From the NCBI RefSeq assembly GCF_038025025.1, contig NW_027117340.1:558001-622000 (forward strand): 64,000 nucleotides of DNA, in the 5' to 3' direction. A program made the translations under genes and the position numbers. The stretch comes from Phyllosticta citribraziliensis. Lineage: Eukaryota. Shown in pieces: positions 63,096 through 64,000 of the stretch (positions are counted from its first letter, which is position 1; every line of letters starts with the position of its first letter). Below the pieces are notes generated by a model. The model did no database searches. It had not been told where the DNA came from and worked only from the letters and a program-made list of their open reading frames with translations.

Positions 63096-64000
63096 CTAAC
63101 ACTTCATCTTGATGCCGTGCCGCAGCTCCTCCTCGCGGACCTCAAACATGACCTGGACGCCGACAAACAGCGCGCCGCACGCCGTCGCAAAGAACACCAG
63201 CCCAGAATAGTTGCCAAAGATGGCCTTGACGAGAGCTTGCAGGCCGTCGAGCCCGATAGCGAATCCAACCAAGTTTGCTGCCATCATCATGAGGACGTTG
63301 CCAACGGCGCCGACGCCGCAGAGGACGCGGTAAGCATTCGGCCGCGCGGCCCACCGGCGGCGCGGAAACGCCATGGTGGCCAACACCTCGGGGGCGACGA
63401 AGAGCGTAATGAGCCAGCCCCACATCAGCAGGCGCAGCTGGATGTCGTGCCACAGGGCGACGAACGTAAAGACGGCGAGGAAGTTGACGACGGCGCGCAC
63501 CTTGCCCCACGGGCCGCCGCTGCGGCTGCCGCCAATGGGCACGAAGATGTAGCGTACGATCCACCGGTTGAAACTGCGGTGCCAGCCGCGCCAGAAGGCC
63601 AGCGCCGAGTAGTTGTCGCTCATGCACCGGACCATGTTTTCCGGCGGGTCGATGCCGTCGAGGAGCGCCCAGAGCCGGAAAAAGCGCCACGGAAGCAGCA
63701 ACTTGAGCCAGATGTGGTGCAGGTTGAAGTAGCCGAGCATGCTAAGCTGAAAGGGCGTGTATGCTTCCCAGTCTGGCTGTACGTGGAAGATGGCAACGGC
63801 GTAAATGAAATGGCAAACAATCTCCATGGTCAGGAGCGCGACGATGAAGCGGATCGCGTACAGTGTCGTTCTCTGGCGGGTTATACTGGCCGCGCGATAT
63901 CGCTGTTGCGAAATGTAGTCGTTAAAGGTCAGGATCGGCCCTGTGAGATACAATGGCGAATAAAGGGCATAGGCAATGTAGTTGCGGAAGCTGTAGTCAT
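63096..64000 (-). CDS. GUP1: MBOAT-family O-acyltransferase (Gup1-like), 3' part
   Basis: YLTGPILTFNDY, WLKLLLPWRFFRLWALLDGIDPPENM, FWRGWHRSFNRW and FVALWHD (catalytic His). Confidence 0.9.
   Translation of the reverse strand, partial: DYSFRNYIAYALYSPLYLTGPILTFNDYISQQRYRAASITRQRTTLYAIRFIVALLTMEIVCHFIYAVAIFHVQPDWEAYTPFQLSMLGYFNLHHIWLKLLLPWRFFRLWALLDGIDPPENMVRCMSDNYSALAFWRGWHRSFNRWIVRYIFVPIGGSRSGGPWGKVRAVVNFLAVFTFVALWHDIQLRLLMWGWLITLFVAPEVLATMAFPRRRWAARPNAYRVLCGVGAVGNVLMMMAANLVGFAIGLDGLQALVKAIFGNYSGLVFFATACGALFVGVQVMFEVREEELRHGIKMKC

Overview
Eukaryotic DNA from a filamentous ascomycete: GC-rich, with short GT-AG introns carrying CTRAC/CTAAC branch points and microsatellite-rich intergenic DNA. 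There are no CRISPR arrays or recognisable transposon genes. Housekeeping genes lie on both flanks. Left: ATP4, NOC4, a CCCH zinc-finger protein, a Sel1-repeat protein, and a bZIP factor with a possible membrane anchor inside ~13 kb of gene-free DNA. Right: tRNA-Asp, an IFI6/27-like gene, a YVC1-like TRP channel, a Ras-like GTPase, PIMT, a HAUS1-like gene, a GH17 glucanase, a Slm1-like PH protein and GUP1. The main point of interest is a compact 7-gene cluster at ~23.0-38.6 kb with no PKS, NRPS or terpene core enzyme. It encodes a heme-oxygenase-like diiron oxidase (HDO) with a likely N-terminal membrane anchor, a D-amino-acid-oxidase-family flavoenzyme with a PTS1, a tyrosyl-tRNA-synthetase paralogue with a rewired tyrosine pocket, a split-barrel flavin-binding (PNPOx/NimA-like) protein, a 2OG-Fe(II) oxygenase and two MFS transporters. 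I interpret it (inference) as an uncharacterised biosynthetic gene cluster for an amino-acid-derived, probably N-oxidised metabolite. All family assignments come from motif recognition by eye; no database searches were run.
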